Of a stretch of DNA of 64,000 nt, positions 28,408 to 40,136 are shown piece by piece. Position 1 is the first letter of the stretch. Every line of letters begins with the position of its first letter. The position numbers were made by a program, and so were the translations under genes. The DNA comes from Scenedesmus sp. PABB004 (Eukaryota), in the NCBI GenBank assembly GCA_014905635.1, contig JABVCE010000014.1:620001-684000 (forward strand), in the 5' to 3' direction. Under the pieces are notes generated by a model that was not told the origin of the DNA, searched no databases, and saw only the letters and a program-made list of their open reading frames with translations.

Positions 28408-29302
28408 GCGTGTGCGTGTGCGTGTGTGTGTGGACACGCGCGCGCGCGAGCCGAGCCGCCGCACCCGCCGCTGCCCGTCCGCCGCAGGTCGCGGGCGCGC
28501 TGTGGGGCCTCGCGTGGGCGGGGTCGTTCGTGAGGTGCGCGGCGCGCGCGGCGCCGGCCCCTCTGCATGAGCGCGCGCCCGCGCCCGCGCGCCCGCCCGC
28601 TCACCGCCGCCGCCCCGCCGCGCCTGGTGCGGCGGCGCAGCCTGTGGTGGTTTGTGCTGATCGCCTGGGTCGCCGCCTTCACGCTGCCTGGCGTGCACGC
28701 GCTCGTGCGCGAGCCGCTCGCGAACGCGGCCAAGGCGATTCGCAGCGCCACAATCGTGAGCCGCCGCTGGCGCCGCCGCTGCCGCCGCCGCCGCCGCAGC
28801 AGCTGCAGCACCGCCAGCGGCGGGCTGCGCTGACCAAGCCAGCGCCGCGCCGCCGCCGCCGCCACCGCAGGACAAGGCCGACGCGCTGGGCCTGCCCCGC
28901 ACCGTGCGCTTTGCCGGCGCCGCGGCCGCCGTGGGCGTGCTCTTCTTCGTCGCCACGTGGGCGCAGTTTGCCATCGGCTTCTTCGTGGCCGCGACGTACT
29001 GGCGCACGCTGCTCGCGCCGCGCGAGGTGCGCCGCCGCCGCGCCGGCCGCACTGCCGGCCGCACTGCTGGCCGCCGCGCCGCCGCCCGCCCGCCTCCCCT
29101 GCCTTTGTCGCCCACCGCGCGGCCGCCCCCCTCCCGGCGCGCCGCCGTGCAGATCGAGCTCATCCGCGAGGCGGCCGAGCCCTACACGCTCAGCGTGCGC
29201 AAGGTCGGGCGCCGCATCTCGTCGGTCGCGGAGGACGCGCTCGGCCGCCTCTCCACGGGCGGCCCGCTCAGCCGCACGCGGCGCCACTTCCGCGCCGAGT
29301 GA
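27338..29302 (+). CDS. Reticulon-domain membrane protein, about 7 exons
   Basis: Low-complexity N-terminus, then NLLTWREPLTSLVAFVGG, long hydrophobic hairpins, ENPYVTLK|VAGALWGLAWAGSFV, LIAWVAAFTLPGVH. Confidence 0.75.
28374..28431. repeat. (TG)n/(TGCGTG)n intronic microsatellite
   Basis: Seen directly in an intron of the reticulon-like gene. Confidence 0.9.
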
Positions 29303-29767
29303 GCGAGCCGAGTGCGCCCCCGCTGCTTGACCGCGCGCGCGGCCGCGGCACGGGCGGCGGCCGCGGCGGGCGGGTGTCTAGTCTGTAGTCTGTAGAGGCC
29401 GCTCGGCGGCACGCGTTTTGGGGGGGCCGGCAGGCAGGTCGCAGGGTCGGTGTTGCGGGGGGCGGCGGCGGAGAGAGCCGGCGACGCCGTCACCCCGAGC
29501 AGCAGTGACGGCAGCGGCGGCGGCGTAGTGCCGCGCGGGGTGTGTGCGGCCCGCTCGCCTCTCAGCGCCTCGCCAACTTCTCCTGTGTGCTCCGCTTGAC
29601 CCGCACGGCGTCATCGGCCGCTGCGCACAGCCCCCGCGTGCGCCAACGTGCGCGCGGAAAACGCATCGCGCCCGCGACCTGCTCCCGCCGCGCCCGCACG
29701 CCGAGCCGCCTCGCGCGCCAGCGCAGAAGGCACGCGTCCGCGAACCTTGCCTCAGAGAGTCGCAGCC

Positions 29768-32142
29768 ATGGCCCGCCGCGCGGTGCTGCTGCTGGCAGCG
29801 CTGGCGGTCTGCTGCGCGGTCGCCGGCCCGGCGCGCGCGGCCGCGGAGGCTGCCGACGACGAAGTCCTGGTGAGGCCCGTCGCTGTGCCGGACGGCTCGG
29901 CAGCCGCTGCCCGCGTCTGTCAGCAGCAGCGCGGCCGGCGGGCCGGTGCCGACGCTGCCGCCGGCCCCACGCGGCCGCCGCCCCAGGTGTTCACGGAGGA
30001 GTTTCTGAACCGCAAAATCGGCGCCGCGATGCTCAAGCTGCCGGCCGCGGCCCGGCTCGCGCTCAAGGGCGAGGTCAAGAAGGCGCAGGCGACCGAGCCA
30101 AAGTGGGTCAACGTCACCTGCCTCAACAGCGTCGCGCCCGCGCCGCTCAACTGGAAGATGTGGTGCCCCAACAAGTGCGCAGCTGCGCACCCCGCGGGGC
30201 GCTCGAGCCGCAGCGGCGGCGGCGGCGGCGCCCGGGCGCGGGGCGCCGCCGAGCCGCGCGCGCCGCGCCGCGCCGGCCGCAGGCACGCGCACGTCACGCA
30301 GTGGGTCGACGACGTCGGCGCGACGCACCGCAAGATCGTGCTCGCCCCGCAGCCCAACATGACCGCGCAGATGGTGCGGCCGCCGCACCGCGCACCCGCG
30401 CCGCCGCCACCGCGCCGCCATGCCGCCGCGCACCGCTGCCCGCGCAGCGCGCCCGCAAAACCCTGAACCGCACGGCCCGCGCGGCAGGCGGTCTGGTTCA
30501 TGATGCCCAGCTTCCCCAAGACGCTGACCATCAACGGCGAGGCGCGTGCCACGCGGCGCCGCGCGCCCCACGGCCCCCGCCCGCCCGCCCGCGCGCGCTC
30601 TCGCCGACGCGCCCGCCGCCGCCCGCCCGCCCGCCCGCCCGCGCGCGCGCACTCGCCGACGCGCCCGCTGCCGCCACGCTCGTCTACTCGCCCACGCACA
30701 CGCCACCACGCCACCAGGAGTTCACCAAGCACCACCTGTGGCACCCGCTGGACCACATCGCTCACCCCAAGTACAAGCTCGTCCCCGGCAAGGGCCTGAT
30801 GGAGCCGCCGCTGCTCATGAGCAGGTGGGCAGGCCCGGCGGGCGCGCGGCCGGGCGGGCGGGGAGCGGCGGCCCGGGCTGCGGCCGGCTGCGGGCAACCA
30901 CGCCGCGCGGCGAGCTGACGCGCGCCGCCGCGCCCGCGCGCACCACAACGCCCCGGCCGGGCGCAGCCTGAACGAGACGTACCGCACCGCGCCCGGGGCC
31001 GACCCGTCTCGCGTGTACAAGACCGAGATGTGGGTCGGCGCGCACGACGTGAGCGGCGGCCAGGGCTCCAGGGGTCAGGCTCGAGGGGGCCAGGGCTTGA
31101 GGGGTCAGGCTTGAGGGCCAGGGCTGGTTGGGGAGAGCTCGCTGGCTGCCCCGCAGCCCGCGCACGCCCGCGCGCGGGCGGGCTGCAGGCTGCTCGCCGA
31201 GCGCCGCGCACCGCCGCCGCACGCCGCCCCGTGTGCTGCAGCTCGCGTCCAACCTGCCGCGCAACCGCTACGTGCTCGGCATGGACGTCCTGGGGTGAGC
31301 CGGCGAGGGGCGCCCTGGCTGCCGTGGGCGCGGCGCCAGGGGGCCGTCCCGGCGCGCCGGGACGGCCGGCCGCGCGGCCGCCCGGCCGCTCAGCCGACTG
31401 GTCAGCCGCGCAACACCTGGCGGATTGCGGCTGAGCCTGGCCCCTCCCTGCCTCCCTGCCCTGCCCTGCCCCATACTCCGCCCCCCCCCCCTGCAGCTTC
31501 CAGCCTTTCACGCTCATCGTTGAGTTCAGCGACGCCCCGCCCGCCGCGGGGCCGGCGCCCGCCGCGGCCGCGGCGGGCCACGCCGCGGGCGGCGCCGGCG
31601 CGGCCGCGGCGCCCGCCGCGGGCGTGGGCGGCGGGCTGGTCGTGAGCGTGGAGGTCATCGTCGGCGTCGCCGGCGTGGGCTACGACCCCAAGAACCCCAC
31701 CAAGGGCGCGCCCAAGAAGGTGCGTGCGCACGCGCGGCGCGCCCCTGCACCGCGCCGCGCCCCTGCGCCGCGCCGCCCACGCGCTGCCCACGCCGCCCAT
31801 GCGCCGCGCGCGCGCCCGCGCCGCCGCGGCCGCCAGGCGGCGTCGGCGGCCAACGCGCTGCTGTTTGAGAGCGTGATGGCGCCGTACCGCGCCAACGGCG
31901 ACTTCCCGGCCGCGCTCGACGCGGTGACGCGGCACGTGGTGGAGGAGTTTGGCAACCTGCAGCGCTTCGTGCCCATCGCGTGGCACTCGACCGTGCCGGG
32001 GCGCGTGATGAAGCAGCTCGCCGAGGTCAAGGCCGCGCTGATCGACGCGACGAGCGCGCTGAACGTCGACTCCATCGCTGACGCGCTCGAGAGCGTGGGC
32101 GCGGCGACGAAGGAGGTGCTGCAGGAGCAGCTCGCGTCGTGA
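29768..32142 (+). CDS. Secreted PhlG/phloretin-hydrolase-like (DAPG hydrolase family) protein, about 9 exons
   Basis: Signal peptide MARRAVLLLAALAVCCAVAGPARA. Spliced motifs PNMTAQM|AVWFM, HHLWHPLDH (30730-30756), LNETY and RHVVEEFGNLQRFVP (from about 31930) match my recollection of the family's T-x-x-M-x-x-W, WHPxxH, E and HxxxE motifs. Confidence 0.7.
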
Positions 32143-32658
32143 GCGCGCGCAGCGCGTGGGCGCGGCGTGTGCCGGGGGGGACGTGGCGCTCGTGGGAGCC
32201 GCCGCCGCGCGTGCTGGCGGCTGGTGGCAGCGAGAGAAACCACAACGCACTTGCGGCACTGCACGAAGTCGGCAACCGAATCCTCGCGCGCGTGCGATTG
32301 ATTGATTGATTGCGCGCGCGCAGCGGTTACGGCGCAGCCAGCGCGCACCCCAATTTTCCGCGCGCCGCCGCGGCCGTCAGCCAGCAACTGGGGTTTGGGT
32401 CGTCGAGTTCCGTGATGGGCCAGGGCTCGGGACCGGCGACGGCACCAGGCAAAAGCGCCGTCAGCTCGTCGCGCGCGAGCTCGCACCGCCGCCGCCCGCC
32501 AGCCAGCTCGTCGCCCCTGCAGCCGCACTGCCGCAGCGCGATCTGTGTCCGACGCCAACTCTCACGCACACGCGTCTGCAGCCGCGGGATCGTGGCCGCT
32601 GCGGGGCGAGCTCCCGAATAGTGCGCGAGCCTGGCCCCGCCCCGCGCGCGCGCCCACG

Positions 32659-33827
32659 ATGGCGCGCGCTGCGCTGGTGGCGCTCCTGATGCTGCAGCTC
32701 TCCACGAACGTGCTCGGCGATGTCGACGTCGACGCCGGCGCGGGTGCGGCAGCGCGCGCCGCTGCCGCTGCCGCCGCGCGGCACTGCTGCGAGAGCCCGC
32801 CGCCTGCGCTCTGGCCGCACGCAGGCAGCAGCGGCGTGGCAAGGGCGCTGCTGCAGGCGACCGCGCGGCGCGGCGGGCGCTGCGGCCCGCGCGTTGGGCG
32901 GAAGGGCACTCGCTGCGGGTTCGCCCAGTGCTGCAGCGCGGCCGGGCGCTGCGCGGCGAGCAAGGCCGCCTGCGGCGCCGGGTGCCAGGCCGGCTGGGGA
33001 CGCTGTTCGTCCAACCCGGCCACGTCGCCGTCGCCCGGCCCGGTGACGCCGCCGAGCGAAGCGTCCCCGGCCCCGCCGTCGCCATCGCCGTCCCCGCCGC
33101 CCTCGCCGTCGCCCTCGCCCTCGCCCTCGCCGTCGCCGCCTCCCGGCCAGGCCGCCGGTTGCCCTGCGGGCTGGGAGCCGGCCGTGGGCACGCTCTATGA
33201 CAGCTGGCCCAAGGTGCGGGGGCGCGGCGCCGACCGCGCACGCGCGCGCGGCGCCCCAGCCGCAGCAGGCCGACGGCCCGCTGTGCGCCGCGCCCCGCCC
33301 TCTCACGTGCGCAGCCGGGCACGCGGGAGTGTGTGGAGTACTCGGGGTGCCGCTGGGCGGGCATGTTCAAGCAGGTGAACCCCGGCCCATGCGGCGGCCC
33401 CTGCGCGACGGTCGACGGCGCGACCGCTCAGCTCCTCGACGGCGGCAGCGGCCAGGTCTGCTGCCGCTGGCCCGAGGCCGTGGTGCGCGGCTGGGCGATG
33501 GCCGCGACGTGGGAGCGCGACGACGCACTGCTGGGGAAGCGCGTCGACGTCATGGTGCAGGGCGGCGCCTGCACGGCAACGGTCAACGTGCGCGACGTGT
33601 GCGCCGACGGCGACTGCGACGGCTGCTGCAGCCGCAACACGGGCGGCGGCGCGTACAAGCTGATCGACCTGGAGAAGTGGAGCGCGGCGGCGCTGCTCGG
33701 CTTTGACCCCAGCGGCCCCAGCTTTGACATCAACGACGTGATCGACAGCGCCCCCACGGCCACAGGCCTGCGCCCCGGCGCGCCCGAGGGCGACGTCATG
33801 CCCCTGTGCTATCGCGTGACCGGCTGA
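32659..33827 (+). CDS. Secreted protein: hevein/CBM18-like domain, Ser-Pro linker and Cys-rich DPBB/barwin-like domain (2 exons)
   Basis: Signal peptide, CGPRVGRKGTRCGFAQCCSAAGRCAASKAACGAGCQAGWGRC (8-Cys hevein spacing), (SP)n linker, then ECVEYSGCRWAGMF...TVNVRDVCADGDCDGCC...LIDLE. Confidence 0.75.
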
Positions 33828-35867
33828 GCCGCGGCGGCGCAGCTGGGGGACGCAACGGGCGGGTGCGCGGGCGTGCGCGAGCTGCGCTGGCGCTGGGAGC
33901 GGGGCTGGCCGGCGCGCGGGCGCCGCGTACGTAATCGCATGAGGACACGTTGCACGCGCCCCGCACCCAGACCTGCTGCGCGACCGTCTGCGTCTGCTGC
34001 GCGTCAACTCGCTGCCGGGGGCGCCCCCGGCGCGCGGCCGCCCGCTGTGCGTTCTTCTTGTGCGCCACCAGCGCCCTGGACAGCTCCTCGTCGCCGCGGC
34101 ACAGCTCCTCCAGCTGGCGCGCGACCGTGGGCGGGTCCTCCTGCGGCGGCGGCGCGCGAGAGTGCTCAGCGTGGGCGCACGGGCAGGCAGCTGCGCCAGC
34201 AGGCCGCCACGCGGCCGCCTGCAAGCGCTGACACCTCGCATTCGAGGTCGATTTCGTCGTGAGTGCCGCAGAGCTGCCAGACTCGCAGACACGTCAGCCG
34301 CGTGGCGTCCGTCAGGCTGGCCACGCCGCGCATGCCCAGGCGAGGCGCAGAGCTGAGGTCCAGGTTCTGCAGCGCAGTCAGTGCGCGCGCCAGGTACACC
34401 ACGTCGGCGTCGCGCACGCAGTCGCCGGCCAGTCCCAGCGACGTCAGCTCGCTCAGCAGGCCGAGGCGCCCCGTGCGGAGCGCGCCGGGCTTGAAACATG
34501 ACCCAAGCGTCAGATCGCACAGGTCGGGGCAGGCCCCCACCAGGGCGTTGAGCTCAGCCTTCGCCAGCTGCGCGCCTGAGCCATGCTCGCTGCCAAAAAT
34601 GGACAGCCGCCGCAGCGACGGCAGCGCACGCGCAAACAGGCGCGCCGCGGCGCCGGGCGCCAGGCCGCCGCCCGACAGGTCCAGGTGCGACAGCTGCGAC
34701 AGCGACGCGATGCTGCTGGCACAGTCAGCGCAGCCGGCCAGGATCTGGTGGCGCCCAAAGTCAAAGCTCAGCTCCTGCAGCCGGGCCAGGTGCGGCAGCA
34801 CGCGCAGCAGCGCTGACGTGGTGGCGCTGTCGCCGCCCTGCCACAGGCTCAGCCTCAGCGCCGTGAGGCGCGTGAGCGGCGTGAACGCTGCGGCCGGGTC
34901 GACCAACGTGGCCTGACGCAGGCGCAAGCACTCCAGGCCCGTGAGGTGCACGAGGGCGGCGGGGCCCGCCACGCCGCCTTCCAGGTTGTCCATATCCAGG
35001 TGCGTAAGCGTGGACGCCAGCGGCGGGATGGCGACAGCGATCGTGTCATCGTCTTCGGGCGCACAAGTCATCGACAGGTCGCGCAGCCCCGTCACCGCGG
35101 CCGCGATTTCGAGCGCCTCACTGCCGTCGTACGCATCAGACATTCCCAGCATGGTCAGCGCCGGCGCCTGGTGCAGCAGGTCGACAATCGCATCGGCATG
35201 CCCAAACGAGACGTCCAGCTCGAGCAGGTCCGGGCACAGCAGGCCGGGGAGGGCGCAGCAGTCCAGGATGAGGCGGGTGAGCGCCGGCAGGGTGCCGCTG
35301 CCGCCGCCGCGCGCCGCCACGTCCATGCTGTGGCACGTCAAGCTGCGCAGGCCCTGCAGCTCGGAGAGTGGCAGCGCCAGCTGCACCGGCTCTTGCGGAA
35401 ACAAGGGGCCATCTGCCCTGAGGCTCGTCACGCCGCGCCCGCGGCGCGCCAGCCAGCCGCTGAGCGCGGCGGCGCGCTGGGCCGCGCTTCCGTCCTCGCC
35501 AAACTCTACGTGCACCTCGCTGCTGGACGCGGCCGCCGCGTCGGCCCAGGCGCGGCACACGAGCGCGGCGGCGCCCAGGCGCTCGGGCTCGTCCAGCTCC
35601 GCCAGCACGCGCGGCAGCACCTCCGCCGGCAGCCGCGCAAAGGGCGACGCGCCCTGCGGCACGCGCGTTGAGGCGGAGGTGAGAGGAGGAGGCGTTCAGG
35701 CTGGCGGCGGGGGTGCTGGCTCGCGCGCGCGGGCGGCTGCCGCAGGCGGGCGCACAGTGGCGGCAGCAGCGGCAGCAGCGTGCGCTCGTCCGGCCCCCGC
35801 GCCGCCGCCGGCCGCCGGCCGCTGGCGACCGCCCGTGATCACCGCTCACCGCGTCACCGGGCTCCAT
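33796..35867 (-). CDS. F-box/leucine-rich-repeat protein, paralog A (3' end uncertain)
   Basis: Exon 1 MEPGDA|GTGAG, F-box-like FARLPAEVLPRVLAELDEPERLGAAALVCRAW, a dozen or more LxxLxLxx repeats, last exon EDPPTVARQLEELC. The end given is the first in-frame stop. Confidence 0.85.
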
Positions 35868-36477
35868 GGGCGCGGCGCTGCAGGCGGGTCCGGCGCCAGG
35901 CGCGGCCGCGGCGAGCGGCGCTGCCGGCGGGCGCGGCGGGCGCTGCCTCCACGCGGCCGGGCGGGCCGGGCGGGGCTGCGGGGCGGCACCGGTAGGCGAC
36001 TCAGGCCGCGGATCAAGCTGCGCTGCAGCGAACGGGCGGGCGGGGCGACTGAGGGCAGGGGCGGCGCTGCCGCTCCGTCGAGGTGCGAGGCGCGGGCTGG
36101 GCACGCGTGGGCGGGCGGGTGCAGCGTGGGGCTGGCGGGTGTGGACCGGGCGGCGGCGCGCTGTCGGCGATCGCGCGCAGAGCCGCGCTGCGCCCTGGCG
36201 GCGAGCCCTGCGCCGCGGGCAGTCCACGCGCCCGCGCGCCTGCGCGGCTCCCGAGTCGGGGCCGCGGCTCGCGCGGGCAGTTTTCAGCTCAATTCCCAAC
36301 AACACGCGCTCCCGAGTGCAATGCACGCCGAGGAACCCCCCCCCCCCCCCCCCCCCCCACCCCTGCGCCGCCGCGTGCAGGGCCCTCGGCCGCCCGCCTT
36401 GCTGCTGAGGGGCCCAACGCGCCCAACGCCTGCGCCGGACGCCACGGCGCCGCGCCCGTCCGGGGCTCCCGGAGTCC

Positions 36478-36645
36478 CTGAGCTCAGAGGCTCAGGGGCT
36501 TGTTGCTGTGTCGGTGGCAAGCCCTCAACGAGCCCTGAACCTCTCAGAGGCTGAGGAGACTTGGTGATGTCGGCGGCAAGCCTTTACACAAGCCCTACAC
36601 CCTCTCAGAGGCTGAGGGACTTGTTGATGTCAATGACAAATCGAA
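36478..36645. repeat. Three diverged copies of a ~60-bp unit containing the ADH stop-codon region
   Basis: CTCAGAGGCTCAGGGGCTTGTTG (36483), CTCAGAGGCTGAGGAGACTTGGTGATGTC (36543), CTCAGAGGCTGAGGGACTTGTTGATGTC (36604). Confidence 0.8.
36584..36588 (-). promoter_or_regulatory. Putative TGTAA polyadenylation signal of the ADH gene
   Basis: TTACA on the plus strand just downstream of the ADH stop. TGTAA is the known chlorophyte poly(A) signal. Confidence 0.5.
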
Positions 36646-39600
36646 ACTTCACGTCGCCCGCCTCCATGCGCTCCATCGCGGCGTTGACGTAGTCCATGTC
36701 GATGACCTGGCGCGGCGGCGCCCGGCGCGGGGCGCGGTGACCGGCACGGGCGCGGCATGAGCGGGGCGCGGGCGCGGGCGGGGCGTGAGCGGGGCGCGGG
36801 CGAGGGCGGGGCGGGCCGCGGGCGCTGCGTCGTGCCGGGAGCTGCTGCGTGCGGCGGCGGCGCGGCGGCGCAGCGCGGCGGCGCGCGCCTCGACGTCGGC
36901 GGTGATGTTGTGCTTGCCGCAGAAGTCCAGCATCTCCTGCGTCATCACCAGGTTGCCGATCACGCTGCCCGCGACGGTCAGGTTGCTGCGCGGCGCAGCG
37001 CGTGGCGCGGCGCGGCGCGCGTGGCGGGCGCGCGGGCGGGCGTCGGCGCGCGCGCGCAGCAGGGACCGCGCCGCGCCGCGCCCCCGCCCCCCGCGCCGCC
37101 GCTCTCCCTCCCGCAGCTGGCTCGCCCTCCCGCCGCCGCCGCGCGCGCTCCCTCCCGCCGCTGGCACGCCCTCCCGCCGCCGCCGCGCGCGCTCCCTCCC
37201 TCTGCCGCCGCCGCGCCCGCCGCTTGCCCCGCCGCCGCACCGCATGACGAGGGAGAAGTGGTTGATCGTCGGCTGCTCCGGGGGCAGGCCGACGATGACG
37301 AGCTTGCCGCGTGGCGCGAGCAGCTCCATGAGCGCCGCGACGTCGTGCTTGGCCGACACGGTGTCGATGATGCCGTCGAGCGTGCCTGACGGGCGCGCGC
37401 GCGAACAACACGCGGGCGCGGGCGGGCGGCGGGCGGGGCGGCGGTGGGGCAAAGGCGGCGGGGCGTGGGCAGCGAGCGAGCGGCGGTGGGACGGGCGGTC
37501 GGCGGCGGCGGCGGCGGGCGGCGGCGGCGGCGGCGGCGAGCGTGCAGTCGGCGGCGGCGGCGGGCGGGCGGGCGGGCGGGCGGCGGCGCACCCGCGGCGG
37601 CCTTCATCGCCTCCGCGTCGCCCGAGGGGATGACCGCGGTCGCGCCCATGGCCTTGGCCTCGGCCTCCTTGGCGCGCGAGCTGCGGCGCGCGGCGCCGGC
37701 GCGCGGCGTCGCCACGCAGCGCTGCCTTCACCTGCCCCGCACCGCCCCGCCTGCCCCGCCCGCCGCCTGCCGCGCCGCCCTGCTGCTGCCCGTCCGCCCG
37801 CCGCCGCACCGGGAGATGACGTAGACCTCGCAGCCGAACGCGGCGCCAAACTTGACGGCCATGTGCCCGAGGCCGCCCAGGCCCACGACGCCGATCTTGA
37901 GCCCCGGCTTGTCCAGGCCGTTGTCCTGCGCCGCGCCAGGGGTTCAGGGTTCGGGGGTCAGGGGTCAGCGGTTGGGGTTGGAGGCGCGGCAGCGGGGCGG
38001 GCGAGCGGCGAGACGGCCGCGCCCGCTGCGGCGCGCCAGTGCTCCGAGCCCTAAACCCCCGCGGGCCCAACATATTCTTAAACCCCCGCGCGCGCCTTGA
38101 AGGGCGCGTAGGTGGTGATGCCGGCGCAGAGCAGCGGCGCGACGCCGGCGAGCTCGAGGTTGGCGGGGATGGTGTACGTGTGGCTGCGCGCGGCGTGGAG
38201 CAGGGCGGCGTACGCGGGCGGCGCGGGCGTGAGGGCTCGCCCGCGGGCGCCGCGGGGCCCTGACGGAGGCCCGCCCCGGCCGCCAGCCGGGCCAGCGCCG
38301 CCCCGGCCGGCCCCGCCGCGCGGCGCGCAGGGCCCCGGCGCGCGCGCCGCCGCTCACTCCTCTGCCATCACGATGTGGGTCGAGTAGCCGCCCTGCGCGG
38401 GCAGGCCGTCGTAGTGCGTGGAGTTGTAGGTGTAGACCAGCTTGGGGCAGAAGATCTGCTCCCCCGCCTTGCACTGCCCGCACGTGCTGCGCGGCGGCGG
38501 CGCGCGGGCCGACAGGGTCAGCGGCGGGCGGCGGGCCCGGCGGCGCAGGCGGCGGCGGCGGCGGCCGGCGGCGCTGGCGCGCCGGCCGGCCGGCCCCGCG
38601 GCGAGTCCAGCCCAGCCCAGCCCGCGCGCGCACCGGCAGGTGTCGACGAACACGCCCACGCCGGCGCGGTCGCCGGGCTTGAACTTGGTGACCGCGGGGC
38701 CGACCTCGGTGACGATGCCCACGATCTCGTGCCTGCGCAGGTGCGCGGCGGCAGTTTACCCGGGTTTAGGCGACACCAGTCCAGGGTTTAAGGGCGGGCC
38801 CCCCGCCGCGGCCCTAAACCAACCCTGCGCGGCGCGGCGCGGCGGCGGGCGCCACCCGCCCCGCCCGCGCGGCGGCTCACCCGGGCACCACCGGGTACTT
38901 GGCGGGGCCCCAGTCGCCGCGGATGGTGTGCAGGTCGCTGTGGCACATGCCTGCGGCGCGGCGCGGCGCGGCGGCGGAGACCGCGTTGCTCGCGCGCCGC
39001 CGCCGACGCCGCCGCTGCCCCTGCCCCTGCGCCCGCCGCGCCGCCGCCGCTTGCGCCCGCGGCTGCCCCTGCCCCTGCGCCTGCCCTGCGCCTGCCCCTG
39101 CGGTCGCCGCCGCCGCGGCCGCGCACCCGCGTGTGTGATCTTGATCATCACGTCATTCGGCTGCAGCGCGCGGCGGTCAAACTTGTAGGGCGCGAGCGTG
39201 CCGCTCGTGTCGCGCGCGGCCCAGCCGAGCGTGTTGCCCGCGCTGCCCTCGACCGCCTGCGCAGGCGCGGGGGCGCGGGGCGCGCGGGGGCGCGTCGGCG
39301 GCCGCGGCGCGGCGCGCCGCGCGCAGGCTCGCGCTCCGCTGAAGCTGCGGGCGGGGGCGCCCCGCCGCCGCCGCGCGGGCGCCGCTGCCGCCGCCCGTGC
39401 GCGCCTGGCTGGGCTTGGCGAACGCCTTGGCGAAGGCGTCAAACTCCACGCCGTCTGCGGGGCGCGGAACGTGAGGACGCGGCGGCGCGCGGCAGCGGCG
39501 GCAGCGCGCAGCGGCAGCGGCGCGGCCACGCACCGCCGGACGACAGCGCGGCCACGGCGCCGGCGTCGCCGTACTTGGCGCCCGCCGCCTTGAGGGCCTG

Positions 39601-39774
39601 CGGGGCGGGCGCGTGGGCGGCCGGCGGGCGCGCGGCGCGATCGGGGGGGGCCACAACGCGGCGCACCTCGGCGTCGATGCCCCCCGCGTCACCCAGGGTG
39701 TGCAGGAGGCTGAACTCGCGCGGGTGCGCCTTGCCCGCCTCGGGGCCGGCGCCCTTCACGGCGATGCGCGGCAT
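36605..39774 (-). CDS. Zn-dependent alcohol dehydrogenase, cinnamyl-alcohol-dehydrogenase-like, with N-terminal extension, about 13 exons
   Basis: [98 protein letters not shown]. Confidence 0.95.
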
Positions 39775-40136
39775 GGCGGCGCGCGTGGCCGCTGGAGCGA
39801 GGGGGTTTGATGAGCAGCAGCTGCTGCGGCGCTCGTGCTCCGGCGGTCGCGTACGGGAGCGCGGGCGGGAGGACGTTGGCAGACGTGCAGCGGTGTGCGG
39901 GGGGAGCGCTGGAACGTGGTGCGCAGGCGCCGCAGGCGCGGCGGTTGAGCGGCCGCCGTCACGCCGCCGATTTGCTCACCGCCATGCTTCTCAGAAGCAG
40001 CGGTGGGCTCACACTTGCGACGCCACACGCAGGCCACGACTGCAGAAGCATCGCGCCGCCGCCTCCCGCCCCCGTTGACCCCCTGCGCGCGCCGCGCGAG
40101 CAGCGGCGCCCCGCGGCGCGCGCGCACGCGGCGCGC

